DNA of 64,000 bases, taken from NCBI GenBank assembly GCA_030390025.1, contig CM059431.1, positions 142,912,001-142,976,000 of the forward strand, read 5' to 3'. This document shows positions 11,169 through 24,865 of this stretch, in pieces (position 1 is the stretch's first letter; each line of letters starts with the position of its first letter). Under the pieces are notes generated by a model. The model did no database searches, had not been told where the DNA came from, and worked only from the letters and a program-made list of their open reading frames with translations. The stretch is from Squalus acanthias. Lineage: Eukaryota. The position numbers were made by a program, and so were the translations under genes.

Positions 11169-13509
11169 GTGAGGCGCTCCTTCACTACTGCACCTCTAAC
11201 AATGCAGCGCTCCCTCCTTACTGCCGCTCCGACAATGCAGTGCTCCCTCAGTTCCGCACCTCTAACAGTGCAGTGCTCGCTCAGTACTCCCCCTCCGACA
11301 GTGGCTCACTCCCTCAGTACTGGCCCTCCGACAATGCAGCACCCCTCAGTACTGTCCCTCCGACAGTGCAGCGATCTCTCAGTACTGCCCTTCCATCAGA
11401 GCAGCGTTTCCGCAGTACTGCCCTTCTGACGGTGCAGCAATCCCTCAGTACTGCCCTTGAGCAAGTGTTGCGCTCCATCTGTATTGACACTCCGACAGTG
11501 CAGCGCTCCCTCAGTACCGCCGCTCCGACATTGCAGCACTCCCTCAGTAATGTCCATTTTTGCAGTGCAGCGGTCCCTCAGCACTGCGCCTCCCACAGTG
11601 CAGACCTCAAGCAGTGTAATCCCTCCGACAATGTGGCGCTCACTCAGTGCTGATCCTCTGGCAGTGCAGACCTCCCTCAGTATTGTTTAGCCTACACTTC
11701 AGACCTCACTCAGTACTATCCCTCCGTCAGCGCTGCACTACCTCGGTACTACCCCTCCGCCAGTGCAGCGCTTCCTCAGTACTGCCCCTCCACAAGTGCG
11801 GCGCTCCCTTCGTACTGTCCCTCCGACAGTGCAGCACTCCATCAGTACTGCCGCTCTGACAGTACGACGCTCCCTCAGTACTGCCTCTCCAACAGACAGC
11901 GCTCCGTCAATACTAAACCTTCAAGATGCAGCGTGCCCTCAGTACTCCCCTGCCGAAAGTGTAGCATTTCCTCAGAACTGCTCCTCCAACAGTGCAGCGC
12001 TCCCTCAATATTGACCCTTCGTCAGTATAGCGCACTCTCAGTACTCAAGCCGCGACAGTGCAGCATTCCCTCAGCACTGCTCCTCCAACAGTCTGGCGCT
12101 CCCTCAGTACTGACCCTCTGACAGTTCATTGCTCCCTCAGTACTGTCCCTCCGACAGTGCAGCGCTCCCTCAATACTGTCCCTCCGACAATGCAGCGCTC
12201 TCTCAGTACTGCCCTTCTGTCAGTGCAGTGCTCACTCAGTACTGCCCCTCTAACCGTGCAGAGCTCCCTCAGTACTGCCCTTCTATCAGTGCTGCACTCC
12301 CTGCTTTCTGCCACTCTGACAGTGCAGCGCTCCCTCAGTATTGCCTTTGACTCAGTGCAGCGCTCCCTCAGTACAGCCACTCCGACAGTGCAGCACTCCC
12401 TCAGTATTGTCCCTTGGACAGTGCAGCGGTCTCTCCACACTGCCCCTCCGAGAGTACAGACCTGTCTCAGTACTGTCCCTCTGAAAAGGTAGCGCTCCCT
12501 CAGTTCTGTCCCTCCGGCAGTGCAGAGCTCCCTCATTAATGCCTCTCCGGCAGTGCAGCGCCTCCTCAGTACTGCACTTCCGACCATGTGGCGCTCCCAC
12601 AGTACTGCCCCACCAAAAGTCCAAACCTCCCTCAGTGCTGTCCCTTCGACAGTACAGACCTCTCTCAGTACTGTCCCTCCGCCAGCGCTGCGCTCCCTCG
12701 GTACTGCCCCTCCAACAGTGCAGCGCTCCCACAGCACAGTCTCTCCGACAGTGCGGCGCCCCCTTAATACAGCCCCTCCGACAGTGCAGCAGACCCTCAG
12801 AAGTGCTGCTCTGACAGTGCGGCGGTTCCTCAGTACTGCCCCTCTAAAAATGCAGTGCGCCCTCAGTAGTGCCACTCTAACAGTGCATCACTCCCTCAGT
12901 ACTGATCTTTCGACAGTTCGGGGCTCTCTCAGTACTGCCCCTCCGACCCTACATCACTCCCTCAGTACTGCCAATCCGACAGTGCAGCGCTCCCTCAGTA
13001 CTTCCCCTCTAACAGAGCATCATTCCCTCAGTACTGCCCCACCGACCGGGCATTACTCCCTCAGTACTGATCTTCCGACAGTGCGGGGCTCTCTCAGTAC
13101 TTCCCCTCTAACAGTGCATCATTTCCTCAGTACTGCCCCACCGACCGGGCATTACTCCCTCAGTACTGCACTGGGAGAGTCAGCCTAGATTTTGTGCTCA
13201 AGTCTCAGAAGTGGGTGGGGAACCCACAACCTACTTACTGTGAGTCGAGGGAATACAAGCCTAGTCTGTGCAACCCGTCCTCCTAAATTAAACCTTTTTG
13301 CCACGGTATCATTCTGATGATTCTGTGCTGACCCCTCCAAGGCCAATAGGTCCTGCAATGGGGGATCATTACATCCACAACCCCCCCTTCCTGACCTCTG
13401 CTGTGCCCCACACTCCTACACTGGGTTGTGATCTGGAGCAGCAACCTTGGCCGATGTTGCTCCTCCAGATACCGGGGCACTGAGTCTGTTTGAAGCTTCC
13501 CACCGGCCA

Positions 13510-13910
13510 TTTTTGTATTCGTTCATGGGATGTGGGCGTCGCTGGCAAGGCCAGAGTTTATTGCCCTTCCCCTAATTGCCCTCGAGAAGGTGGTGGTCAG
13601 CCGCCTTCTTGAACCGCTGCAGTCCGTGTGGTGAAGGTACTCCCACAGTGTGGTTAGGGAGGGAGTTCCAGGATTTTGACCCAGCAACAATGAAAATCGG
13701 CGATATACTTCTAAGTCATGATGGTGTGTGACTTGGATGGGAACGTGAAGGTGGTAGTATTCCCATGCACCTGATGCCCTTGTCCTTCTTGATGGAAGAG
13801 GTCGCGGGTTTCAGATGTGCTGCCGGAGAAGCCTTGGCGAGTTGCTGCAGTGCATCTTGTAGATGGTACACACTTCAGCCATGTTCCACCTGGACGACGT
13901 TCAGGCTTGG
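13510..13910 (-). mobile_element. 3' fragment of a second LINE family (family B, CR1/jockey group)
   Basis: Same 3' end as 18900-19280 (GCCAGCGACGCCCACATCCCATGAACGAATA). Confidence 0.8.
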
Positions 13911-13914
13911 GCTG

Positions 13915-14430
13915 TAACCACCTCCAGCAGTACAACCCACCACAGCTCTGTAACCTCCTCCAGCCCCTACAGCCCTCCGTATCACTGTAACTTCCTCCAG
14001 CCCTACAGCCCTCCCTATCTCTGTAGCCTCCTCCAGCCCTATAACCCTTCCTATCTCTGTAACCTCCTCGAGCCTGACAACCGTCTATATTATTGTCACC
14101 TCCTCCGGATCTATAACCGTCCCTAATTCTTTAACCACCTCCAGCCGTACAACCTTCCCTATCTCTGTATCCTCCTCGAGCCTTACAAACCTCCCCATCT
14201 CTGTAACCTCCTCCACACCTACCACCCTCCCTATCTCTGTAACTTCTTCCAGCCCTACAACCCTCCCTATCTCAATAAAAACCTCCAGCCCGGCAGCCCT
14301 CCCTTTCTCCCTAACCTCCTCCAACCCCACAATGCTCCCTCTCTCTGAAACCTCCTCCAACGCTTATAACTCTCCCGAACTCTATAACCTCCTCCAGCGC
14401 TACAACCCTCCCTCTCACTGTAACCTCCTG
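13915..14430 (+). repeat. 36-bp minisatellite (TCTCTGTAACCTCCTCCAGCCCTACAACCCTCCCTA)n
   Basis: About 14 degenerate copies; unit translates as PPYLCNLLQPYN, like the L2 ORF2 C-terminal segment. Confidence 0.9.
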
Positions 14431-15159
14431 CTCTGTTTGTGTGTGAGTAGGGGGGGTCGGTGGGGGATAGTCTGGGGATGGAGCCTGGGCCTTTCCTGCT
14501 CTGTATGCCCGCGTTTATGCTGCATTCCAGGATCACACAGACAACAGACACAGAGCATTCGGCCGAAACAGTCCATGCCCGCGATCATGCTGCACTCCAG
14601 GATCACACAGAGCACAGACACAGAGCATTCGGCCCAACCAGTCCCTGAGCATGGGTTTATTGAAAAGTGGGACCCTACATTTGAAGAATGGGAGGGAGAA
14701 TATGCAAAGGTTAATTTGGTGAGTCTATGCTCCCTGTCCGATGTCTCAGTACATGGGATCGGGGTCAGAGACTGGACCGATTGTATATACTGCGTTCATG
14801 CCCAGTGCGAGTGCACATCAGGCGCAGAGCCGTGCCATGTGACCCTATAACACCTCGTGTGGGTGGAACTCCAGCTTATTCGTGAATTAGTTCCTGGCTG
14901 CTATGTGATTGGCTCCTCGTTCCTTAGTGATGTCACCTGGAGACAGATTTCCGCCCCTAGTTATGCCCCATCAGTGGGATATTATTGAAGCCAGAGCTGG
15001 AGTAGGCCGCAGACAATGTGAGTGAGTTTAATCACTATACAGAGTGGCTAGAAAGAAAAGAGCAATTTACTATTAAATTAAGTAATTCAGCCGTATCATG
15101 AATGGCAAATATATGAAAATTAAATAAAGGGAAGTTCATAAAATTTGTCCCATTATATT

Positions 15160-18100
15160 ACATAGGATTATATAGGATATACGGCACAGAAACAGGCCAT
15201 TCGGCCCAACCAGTCCATGCCGGTGTTTTTGCTCCACTCGAGCCTCCTCCCGTCTTTCCTTATCCACATCTATCAGTATAATCCTATATTCCCTTCTCCC
15301 TCATGTTTGTCCAGCCTCCCCTTAAATGCATCGATACTATTCACTCCAACCACTCCCTGTGGTATCGAGCTCCACATTCTCACCACTCCTTGGTTAAATA
15401 AGTTTCTTCTGAATTCCCTAATGGATTTCTTGGTGACTATCTTATATTGATGACCTCTAGTAATGCTCTTCCCCACAAGTGGAAACATTCTCTCTGTATC
15501 CAATCTATCAGAAGTTTTCATTATTTTATAGACGTCTATTAGATAACCCCTCATCCTTCTTTTTTCAAGAGAAAAGAGACCCAGCCTGTTCATCCTTGCC
15601 TGATATGTATAACCTCGCATTTCTGGTATCGTCCTTGTAAATCTTCTCTGCACACTATCCATTGTCTCTATATCCTTTTTTTATAATATGGGGACCAGAA
15701 CTGTACGCTGTACTCTAAGTGTGGTCTAACCAAGGTTCGATACAGGTTTAGCATAACTTCCCTACTTTTCAATTCTATCCCTATACAAATAAACCCGAGT
15801 GCTGGGTCTGCATTTTAATGGCCTTGCTAACCTGTGGCGCAACCTTTAGTGATTTGTGTATTTGTACTCCGAGATCACTTTGTTCCTCTACCCCACCTAG
15901 ACTCGCACCCTCCACGTCATAAATGACCTCCCTATTCTTCCTACCTAAATGAAATAACTCAAATCTGTCTGTGTTGAACTTCATTTGCCAATTATTTGCC
16001 CATTCTGCAAGTTTATTGATGTCCTCCTGTAATTTGTTGCAGTCCCCCTCAGAATTGACTATCCCCCCAATTTGTTATCATCCGCAAAATTTAGTAATTG
16101 TGTTTTTGATTCCAAAGTCTAAACCATTAATGTAAATTGTGAACAGCTGGTCCAGCGCTAATCCTTGTGGAACATCATTACCCACCTTCTGCCACTGTGA
16201 ATAGCTACCCATTACTCCTACTCTCTGCTTTCTGTCCTGAAGCCAGCCAGCAATCCATTGTGCTACTTGTCCCCTGACTCCGCATTCTCTGACTTTGTTC
16301 ATCAGTCTGTTATGGGGCACCTTATCGAAGGCCTTTTGAAAATCTGGATAAATTACATCTACTGCATTACCATTGTATAGTCTCTTTGTTACCTCTTCAA
16401 AAAATTCAATAAAATTGGTAAAGAAAGATTTTTCCTGTTGAAATCCATGCTGACTATTCATTATTATACTTTTCGTTTATAGATGTTATTCTATTGTCTC
16501 CTTTAGTATGGATTCCATTATTTTTCCTACCTGAAGCTGAATGGTCTATCATTCCCTGGAAATGTTCTATCCCCCTTCTTAAATATCGGTATTACGTCAG
16601 CTATACACCAGTCCTTTGGCACTGCACCTTTTCTAACGAATTATTAAAATGTGTAATCATGCCTCTGCTATCTCTTCGCTAGATTATTTTAAAGTCCTGG
16701 ATGCAATCCATTCGGAACAGGGGTCTTTGAGTTTGATTAGTTTATTTAATATATCCCCTTTTTATTTTAAATGCACTTATCTCATTAATTATTTCATCAT
16801 CCAATGTAATGTCCACCTGTTCTATCTCCCTGGTAAATACTGAAGCAAAATAATGATTTAATATTTCTGCCATCTCCCTATCGTTACCTGCGGTACTGTC
16901 TGTCCATCGCTTAATGACTCTATTCCCATCCTAACCTTCCTTTTTTATTGATGTGGCTGTAAAATATGTTACTATTTTGTTTAATGTTCCTTGATAATTG
17001 AATTTCATAGTTTCTCTTTGCCTTCCTAATTGTTTTTTGACTTCTCTTCTAATCCCTTCGCATTCTCTCTTACCATGCATTCCCATGCTATCTATGTACT
17101 TAATGTATGCCTCTTTCCTTCGCCTTCATTGTCTCCTTGTGTCTTTATTCATCCATGAATTCTCGTTAGTGTTTAGCTTGATTTTTCATTTCTGCGGAAT
17201 ATATTGTTCCTGTAATCTGTTGAACACTGCTTTAAATGTTTCCCATTGTCTTTCTACATCGTTGTTTGGCAATATTATTGACAATTTTATCTTCGCTAGT
17301 TCTATTCTCAGCCCCTTAAAATCAGCTTTTCATCCAATCTATTAACTTGGTTTTTGTCATTCTTATGTCCTTCTCTATGGTCATCTTAAAGCGTATTATA
17401 TTATGGTCACTATTGCCTATATGTTCCCCTAGTTTTACTCATCTTATCTCATCTGGCTCATTCCACATAACTAGATCTAATAGCGAATCCTCCCTTTTGG
17501 GCTTTTTTTAAATATTTGGGTTAGAAAGGAGTCCTGTAGACATTATAGGAACTCAATTCCCTTATCCCCTTTACCTAACTCTTGTGTATATTTAATATCG
17601 GGGTAGTTCAAATTCCCCCATGATTATTATTCTATGTTTTTTACTCATTTCCGTAATATTTTTGAATAGTTCTTCCCCTACCATTACAGAAGCCAGTCTT
17701 TTGCCAATTCGCTTCATTCCACGTGATATCAAGACACGGCTGAGCGCACTGGATACAGCAAAAGTTATGGGCCCCGACAACAACCCTGCTATTGTGCTGA
17801 ATACGTGTGCTCCAGAACTAGCCGCGCCTCTAGTCAAGCTGTTCCAGTAAAGCTTCAACACTGGCATCTATCCAACAATGTGGAAAACTGCGCAGGTATG
17901 TCCTGTCCACAAAAAGCAGAACAAATCCAACCGGGTCAATTATCGCCTCATCAGTCTACTCTCAATCATCAGCTATCAAGAGGCACTTAATCACCAATAA
18001 CCTGCTCAGTGATGCCCAGTTTGGGTTCCGTCAAGTACTCGGCTCGCGACCTCGTTACAGCCTTGGTCCAAACATGGACAAAGGAGCTGAATTCCAGAGG

Positions 18101-20718
18101 TGAGGTGAGAGTGACTGACATTGACATCAATGCAGCATTTGACCGAGTGTGATCAAGGAGCTCTAGTAAAACTGAAATCAATGGGAATCGGGGGGAAAAC
18201 GCTCCACTGGTTGGAGTCATCCCTAGCACAAAGGAAGATGGTTGTGGTGGTTGGAGGTCAATCATCACAGCCCCAGGACATCGCTGCAGGACTTCCTCAG
18301 GGCAGTGTCCTAGGCACAACCATCTTCAGCTGCTCCATCAATGATCTTCCCTCAAACATAAGGTCAGAAATGGGGATGTTCACTGATGAGTGCACAGTGT
18401 TCAGCGCCATTCACAACTCTTCAGATAATGAAGCAGTCCATGCCCGCATGCAATAAGACCTGGACGGCGATCAGGCTTGGGCAGATAAGTGGCATTTAAC
18501 ATTCACGCCACAGAAGTGACAGGCAATGACTATCTCCCACAAGCGAGAGTCTAACCACCCACCCCCCATGACATTCAACGGCTTTACCATCGCCGAATCC
18601 CCCACCATCAACATCCTGGGGGGTCACCATTGATCAGAAACTTAACTGGATCAGCCACATAGATACTGTGGCAATAAAAGCAGGTCAGAGGCTAGGTATT
18701 TGGCGGCGAGTGTCGCACCTCCTTACTCCCCAAATCATTTCCACCATCTACAAGGCACAAGTAAGGAGTGTGATGGAATAGTCTCCACTTGCCTGGATGA
18801 GTGCAGCTCCAACAAAACTCAAGAAGCTCGACACATCCAGGACAAATCAACCCGTTTGATTGGCACCTCATCCACCACCTTAAACATTCACTCCCTCCAC
18901 CACCGGCGTACCGTGGCTGCAGTGTGTACCATCTACAAGATGCACTGCAGCAACTCGCCAAGGCTTCTTCAGCAGCACCTCCGAAACCCGCGACCTCTTC
19001 CACCTAGAAGGACAAGGACAGCAGTGCCATGGGAAGACCACCAACTCCAAGTTTCCCTCCAAGTCACACACCATCCTGACTTGGAAGCATATCGCCGATC
19101 CTTCATCGTCGCTGTGTCAAAATCCTGGAAATCTATACCTAACAGCACTGTGTGAGTACCTTCACCACACGGACTGCAGCGGTTCAAGAAGGTGGCTCAC
19201 CACCACCTTCTCAAGTCAATTAGGGGTGGGCATTAAATGCTGGCCTTACCAGCGACGCCCACAGCTCATAAAAAAAAAATCTCCCTTCCACAATTAAGTG
19301 GTCTGTAGACTACGCCTATTAGTATGATTGATCCTTTATTATCTTTTATCATATCCATATGGATTCTATTTTTGTCTTGTTGATATCTAAGTCCCTTTTT
19401 TTCTACTGCCATTCTGTTATCCCTAATAAGTACAGCAATCCACCTCCTCCTTTTCCCTCTCTATCTTTTCTAGATATGTTATACCCTGCAATGATTAATT
19501 CTCAGTCCTGAATCCCAGTAATGGCGATTATGTCTGGTTTATCGCAACGTATGATTGCCTCCAGCTCCCCTGTTTTATTTCGGACACTGTGAGCATTGCT
19601 GTACATAGAGTTTAACTCATTTTTATTAGGATTTCCTCTCACTTTATGTTTAACCATATTTTTGGAATCCTGTTCTATAATTCCATTTGCTCCCTTGCCG
19701 CCAATGTCCTCCCTTACATTATTCTTTCCCGTGCTCACTTTACCTGTTTTGTTTATATTTAGGCTGATTACATTTCTTGTAGATCCCTCTCCCTTCTTAC
19801 CAGTTTAGAGCCTTTGCCACCTCCCTATTCACCCTTTCCGCTAGGACACGGATCCCATCCCGGTTCAGGTGGAGCCCCTCCCCTCGGTGCAGCTCCTTCC
19901 TGTCTCAGAACTGGTGCCAGTGTCCCACGAAAATGAACCCCTCTTTCCCACGACAGCTCTTTAGCCACGTGTTAATTCTCCTGATCTGTCTGCTTCTATG
20001 CCAATTTGCATGTAGCTCGAGCAATAACCCAGAGATTATTACCCTCGAGGTCCTGCTTTTTAAGTTAGAGGCTTGCTCCTGATACTCTTTCAGCAGGACC
20101 TCCCACCTGTTCCTACCTATGTCATTTGTTCCAAGTTGGACCAAGACAACTGGATTTAGCCCCTCTCTTTCCAAGTTTATCTCCAGCCGCCGTGAATTTT
20201 ATCCCTTAACCTGGCAAAGGATAGGCAACACACAATTCAGGATTCTCTTCCATGGCTGCAGAGGATGCTATCTGTCACCCTAATTATAGAGTCCCCTATC
20301 GCTACCACATTTCTATTCAGCTCTCTCCGCCCCGCCCCCCCCCCCCCCACCCCGCCGACAGCTTTCTGAGCCACGGTGCCTTGGTCTGCATTGTGGCTGT
20401 CCTCCCTGCAGTCTTTCTCCTTGTCCTCACAGGTAGTGAGTACATGGTTAATGTTGGACTGGACCAGTGTCTGCGGGACCTCCTTCTCAACCTCTTGTAA
20501 ATCCCTGCTCCCCGGCTCCCTAAAAGTCACACCCTCCCCTTCCTGAACCCGTGCTTTCCTCTGGGGTATGATCGTATTCTGGATAAAACTGTCCAGAAAT
20601 TCCTCCCCCTCCCTTATGTGTCGGAGTGTCTCCAACTCGCAGTCCAGCTCAATGCTGGAGAGATTCGAGATGGAGACATCTCCTGTAGATGTGTTTGCTC
20701 GGGACAGCCTCTCCAATT
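15160..20718 (-). mobile_element. Near full-length decayed CR1 (ORF1 esterase + ORF2) inserted in module A
   Basis: ORF1 VVAIGDSIIR, VQLGTNDIG; endonuclease YSNAHSVRNK..IIAIT; RT DFQKAFDKVPH; tail at ~15160-15240. Confidence 0.9.
17667..19279 (+). mobile_element. Family B LINE (RT to poly-A) nested in CR1
   Basis: KVMGPDNNPAIVLNTCAPELAAPLVKLF, GLPQGSVLGTTIFSCSINDLP; ends in poly-A. Confidence 0.9.
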
Positions 20719-21549
20719 ACATCTTCTGGAATTAACGTGAACTATGTTTGTATTAAAATGTTCCTGGAGTGAGCAGTATCTCAGGACGGTGGAGAGAGAG
20801 AGAGAGAGAGAGGGAGAAGTCGAATCATCACAACTTTAACTGGGACTGAAGAAAGGTCGTTGGGTTTGCAGAACGGATTTGGTGGGACCAACAATACCCA
20901 GTGTCGAACACGACTTACAACAGCAGCACTCAACACTGATTGGACAGGTGAGGAATTCTACTGAAAATTCAGCAGTACAGGATTTTGCTGAGGTGAGAGT
21001 CTAACCAGCTATTGGGAGCTGTTCAACATCTGCCATAAGGTTCGACCTTTGATTCGGCAAGTTGACTGGGGATTCGCTCATATGCAAACCTTGCCCATTC
21101 CTCACTTGGGAGTGCTGCACCTGATCTGGAAATGTTTAAGGGGACAGTGTTGAGGGAACATTAAAAATATTTCTCATGATGCCCCGTCCAATTATACCAC
21201 GATGGTTCAAACACTTGCTAACCCTGATACTCCCTACATATCGCCTCTGGCTTCCTTTTCTGTTACAGGGAATAGAATGGTTTCAGAACACAGAACAGGT
21301 TGTAATATCGGGCCTCAATCTAACATCATTACCTCAAACAGCCTCTCAATGCCAAAGCAAAGGGAACACACGCTGACTGATATAGATAGAACTGAGAGTT
21401 TGGGATGTTTAAAGCAAGAGGAGGACTTGAGGGCGATTACACAATTAAATAGTGGGACCTCACATTTTTGAGGACGGGAGGAAGAATGAGTAAGGGGTAA
21501 TTGTGGGAATCTGTGCTCCCTGCCTGGGGTCTCAGTGCATGGGAGCGAG

Positions 21550-24500
21550 ATTAGAGACTGGATCAAGTGAGGGAAAATTAAGAAATCTTAAGAGAAAGTT
21601 CAAGGCAATAGAGCAGTGTAGCGATTTGGGTAATAATAAGCAGAGTGTGACAGGAAGGGACAGAGAGTTTAATCGTAGCAGTGCAGCAGGGAATAAGGTC
21701 AAAGCAGGGAATAAAGGTAAAACAAAAATTAAAGGCTCTTCATCTGAATGCACGAAGCATTCATAACAAGTTAAACGAGCGAGCGGCACAAATAGAGATA
21801 CATAGGTTTGATCGAATAGCCATTACAGGGACATGGTTGCAAGGTGGCCAAGGTTGGGAACTAAATGTTCCAGGGTACTTGACGTTTCGAAAAGACAGGT
21901 AGAATGGAAAAGGAGGGGGAGTAGCCCTGATAATAAAGGATGACATAAGGACAGTAGCGAGAAAGTACCTCGGCTCGGAAGATCAGGAAGTAGAATCAGC
22001 ATGGGTGGAGATAAGGAATAACAAGGGGCAGAAAACACTGGTAGGTGTAGTATATAGGCCCCATAACAGTAGCTATACCGTTGGGCAGAATTTTAATCAA
22101 GAAATAGTAAGAGCTTGCAACAAAGGTAATGCAATAATCTTGATAGAATTCAATCTTCATATAGACTGGACAAATCAAATTGACAAAGGTAGTCTGGAGG
22201 ACGTGTTCATGGAATGTATTCGGGACAGTTTCCTAGAACAATATGTCATGGTTGCAACCAGGGAACAGGCTATTTTAGATCTTGTATTGTGTAATAAGAC
22301 AGGGATAATTAGCAATCTCATAGTAAAGGATCTTCTGGTGCAGAGTGATCATAATATGATAGAATTTCACGTTAATATTGAAAGTGACATGCCTAAGTCC
22401 GAAACTAGAGTCTTAAACTTAAATAAAGCAAATTACATAGGTATGAGGTAAATTGGCTAAGGTAGATTGAAAAAAATAGATTAAAAGGTGTGGCAGAAAG
22501 AAGCAATGGCTAGCATTTAAATAAATATTTCCTAATTCTCAATAAAAATCTTTTCCATTGAGAAACAAGAACTCCACGGGAAAAGTGATCCAACAGTGGC
22601 TAACTAAAGAAGTTAAGATAGCATTAGATTGAAAGAATAAGCTTATGATGTTGCACGGAATAATAGTAAGCCTAAGGATTGGGAGAGATTCAGAAACCAG
22701 CAAAGGTTGACGAAAAATTGATAAATAGGGAAAAAATACAATATGAGAGAAACTAGCAAGAAATATAAAAGCAGATTTTAAGAGTTTCTACACGTATTTA
22801 AAATGGAAGAGAGTAGCAAAAGTAAACGTTGGTCTCTTAGAGGCTGAGACAGGATAAATTATTATGGGGAATAAGGAAATGGCAGGAACATTAAACAAAT
22901 ATTTTGTATCTGTCTTCACAGTAGAGGACACAAAAAGCATACCAAAATTGTGGGAACCAAGGGTATAATGAGGTTGAGGAACTTAACATACTTAATATAA
23001 GTAGAGAAAAAGTACTAGAGAAACTAATGGGACTAAAAGCAGTCAAATCCCCTGGACGTTACGTCCTACATCCCAGGGTTCTAAAAGAAGTGGCTGAAGA
23101 GATAGTGGATTCATTGGTTTTGATCTTCCAAAAATCCCTATATTCAGAAATGGTCACAGCGGATTGGAATGTCGCAAATATAACACCTCTATTGAAGAAA
23201 AGAGGGAGAGAGAAAAACAGGGAACCCCAGGCCAGTTAGCCTGACATCAGTCGTCGGGAAAATGCTGGAATCCATAATTAAGGAAGTGGTATCATGTAAC
23301 TTCGAAAATCATAACATGATTAGGCAGAGTCAACATGGTTTTATGAAAGGAAAATCGTGTTTGACAAATTTATTAGAGAATTTTGAGGATGTAATTAGCA
23401 GGGTTGATAAAGGGGAACAAGTGGATGCAGTATATTTGGATTTCCAAAAGGCAATCGATAAGGTGCCACATAAAAGGTTATTACACAAGCTTAGGGCTCA
23501 TGGGGTTTGGGGTAATATTGTAGCATGGATAGATTATTGGTTAATGGACAGAAAACAGAGAGTAGGGAAAAACGGCTCTTTTTCAGGTTGGCAGGCTGTA
23601 CCTAGTGGGGTGCCGCAAGAATCAGTGTTGGGGTCTCAGCTATTTACAATCTATATTAATGACCTAGATGACGGGAGCAAGTGTACTGTTTCCAAGTTTG
23701 CTGATGAAGCAAAGCTAGGTTGGACAGTAAGCTGTGAGGAGAACACAAAGAGTCTGCAAAGGGATATAGACAGACTAAGTGAGTGGGCAGTAAGGTGCAG
23801 GTGGAGTATAATGTAGGGAAATATGAGGTTATTCAATTTAGTAGGAAGAATAGAAAAACAGAATATATTTTTAAATGTTGAGAAAATTTCAAATGTTGGT
23901 GTTCAGAGAGATTTGAGTGTCATCGTGCAAGAAACACAGAAAGCTAGCATACAGTTACAGCAAGCAATAAGGAAGGCAAATGGCATGTTTGCCTTCATTG
24001 CAAGGGGGTTGGAGTATAAGAGTAAGGAAGTCTTGCTATAATTGTACAGGGCCTTGGCGAGACCACATCTGGAGTACTGTGCACGGTTTTGGTTTCCTTA
24101 TCTAAGGAAGGATATACCTGCCTTGGAGGCGGTGCAACGAAGGTTCGCTAGATTGATTCCTGGGATGAGAGGGCTGTCCTATGATGAGAGATTGTGTAGA
24201 ATTGGCCTATACTCTCTGGAGTTTAGAAGAATGAGAGGTGATCTCATTGAAACATACAATATTCTGAAGGGGATTGACAGGGTTGATGCTGAGAGGTCGT
24301 TTCCCCAGTCTGGAGTGTCGAGAACTAGGGGACATTTTCTCAGGATAAGGGGAAGGCCATTTAAGACTGAGATGAGGAGGAATTTACTCACTCAGAGGGT
24401 TGCGAATCTTTGGAATTCTCTGCCCCAGAGGGCAGTGAATGCTGAATCTTTGAGTATATTCAAGGCTGAGATAGACAGATTTTTGGACTCTAGGGTAATC

Positions 24501-24760
24501 AAGAGATATGGGGATTGGGCGGGAAAGTAGAGTTAGAAACATAGAAACATAGAAAAATAGGAGCAGGAGTAGACCATTCGGCCCTTCGAGCCTGCTCCTC
24601 CATTCAATATGATCAGGGCTGATCCTCTATCTCAATACCATATTCCCACTCTCTCCCCAGAGTTTGTGGTCGATGATCAGCCATGATCTTACTGAATGGC
24701 GGAGCAGGCTGGAGGGGTCATATGGCCTACTCCTGCTCTTATTTCTTATATTCTTATGTA
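21550..24760 (+). mobile_element. CR1 LINE ORF2 (endonuclease + RT), decayed, with nested inverted CR1 tail (24535-24660)
   Basis: LNARSIHNK..IAITGTWL, VYRP, SDHNMIEF, QHGFMKGKSCLTNLL, SKFADEAKL, RPHLEYC; multiple stops and frameshifts. Confidence 0.95.
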
Positions 24761-24865
24761 ATTACCCGCATTCATCCCCAGTGAGACTGTGCACCAGGAG
24801 CAGAGCATGGTCATGTGACTCTGTGACACCGCCACGGGGCGGAGCTCCGGCTGCTTTGTGACAAT

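Larger units (their letters stand above)
9043..13168. repeat. 33-bp minisatellite (CAGTGCAGCGCTCCCTCAGTACTGCCCCTCCGA)n, interrupted by two LINE fragments
   Basis: Unit read directly; LINE inserts at 10218-11168. Confidence 0.95.
8722..13250 (-). mobile_element. Deu-domain SINE (SacSINE1/AmnSINE1-like) split by an internal tandem expansion
   Basis: 8722-9045 is the reverse complement of the Deu core (GGATGAGACGTTAAACCGAGGCCCCGTCTGC..CAGGTGAACGTAAAAG); the 5' part resumes at ~13160 (CAGTACTGCACTGGGAGAGTCAGCCTAGAT). Family name from memory. Confidence 0.75.

Noticed and set aside
9016..13188. Many 120-250 aa ORFs
   Set aside because: Translations of the 33-bp (11-codon) SINE-derived array.
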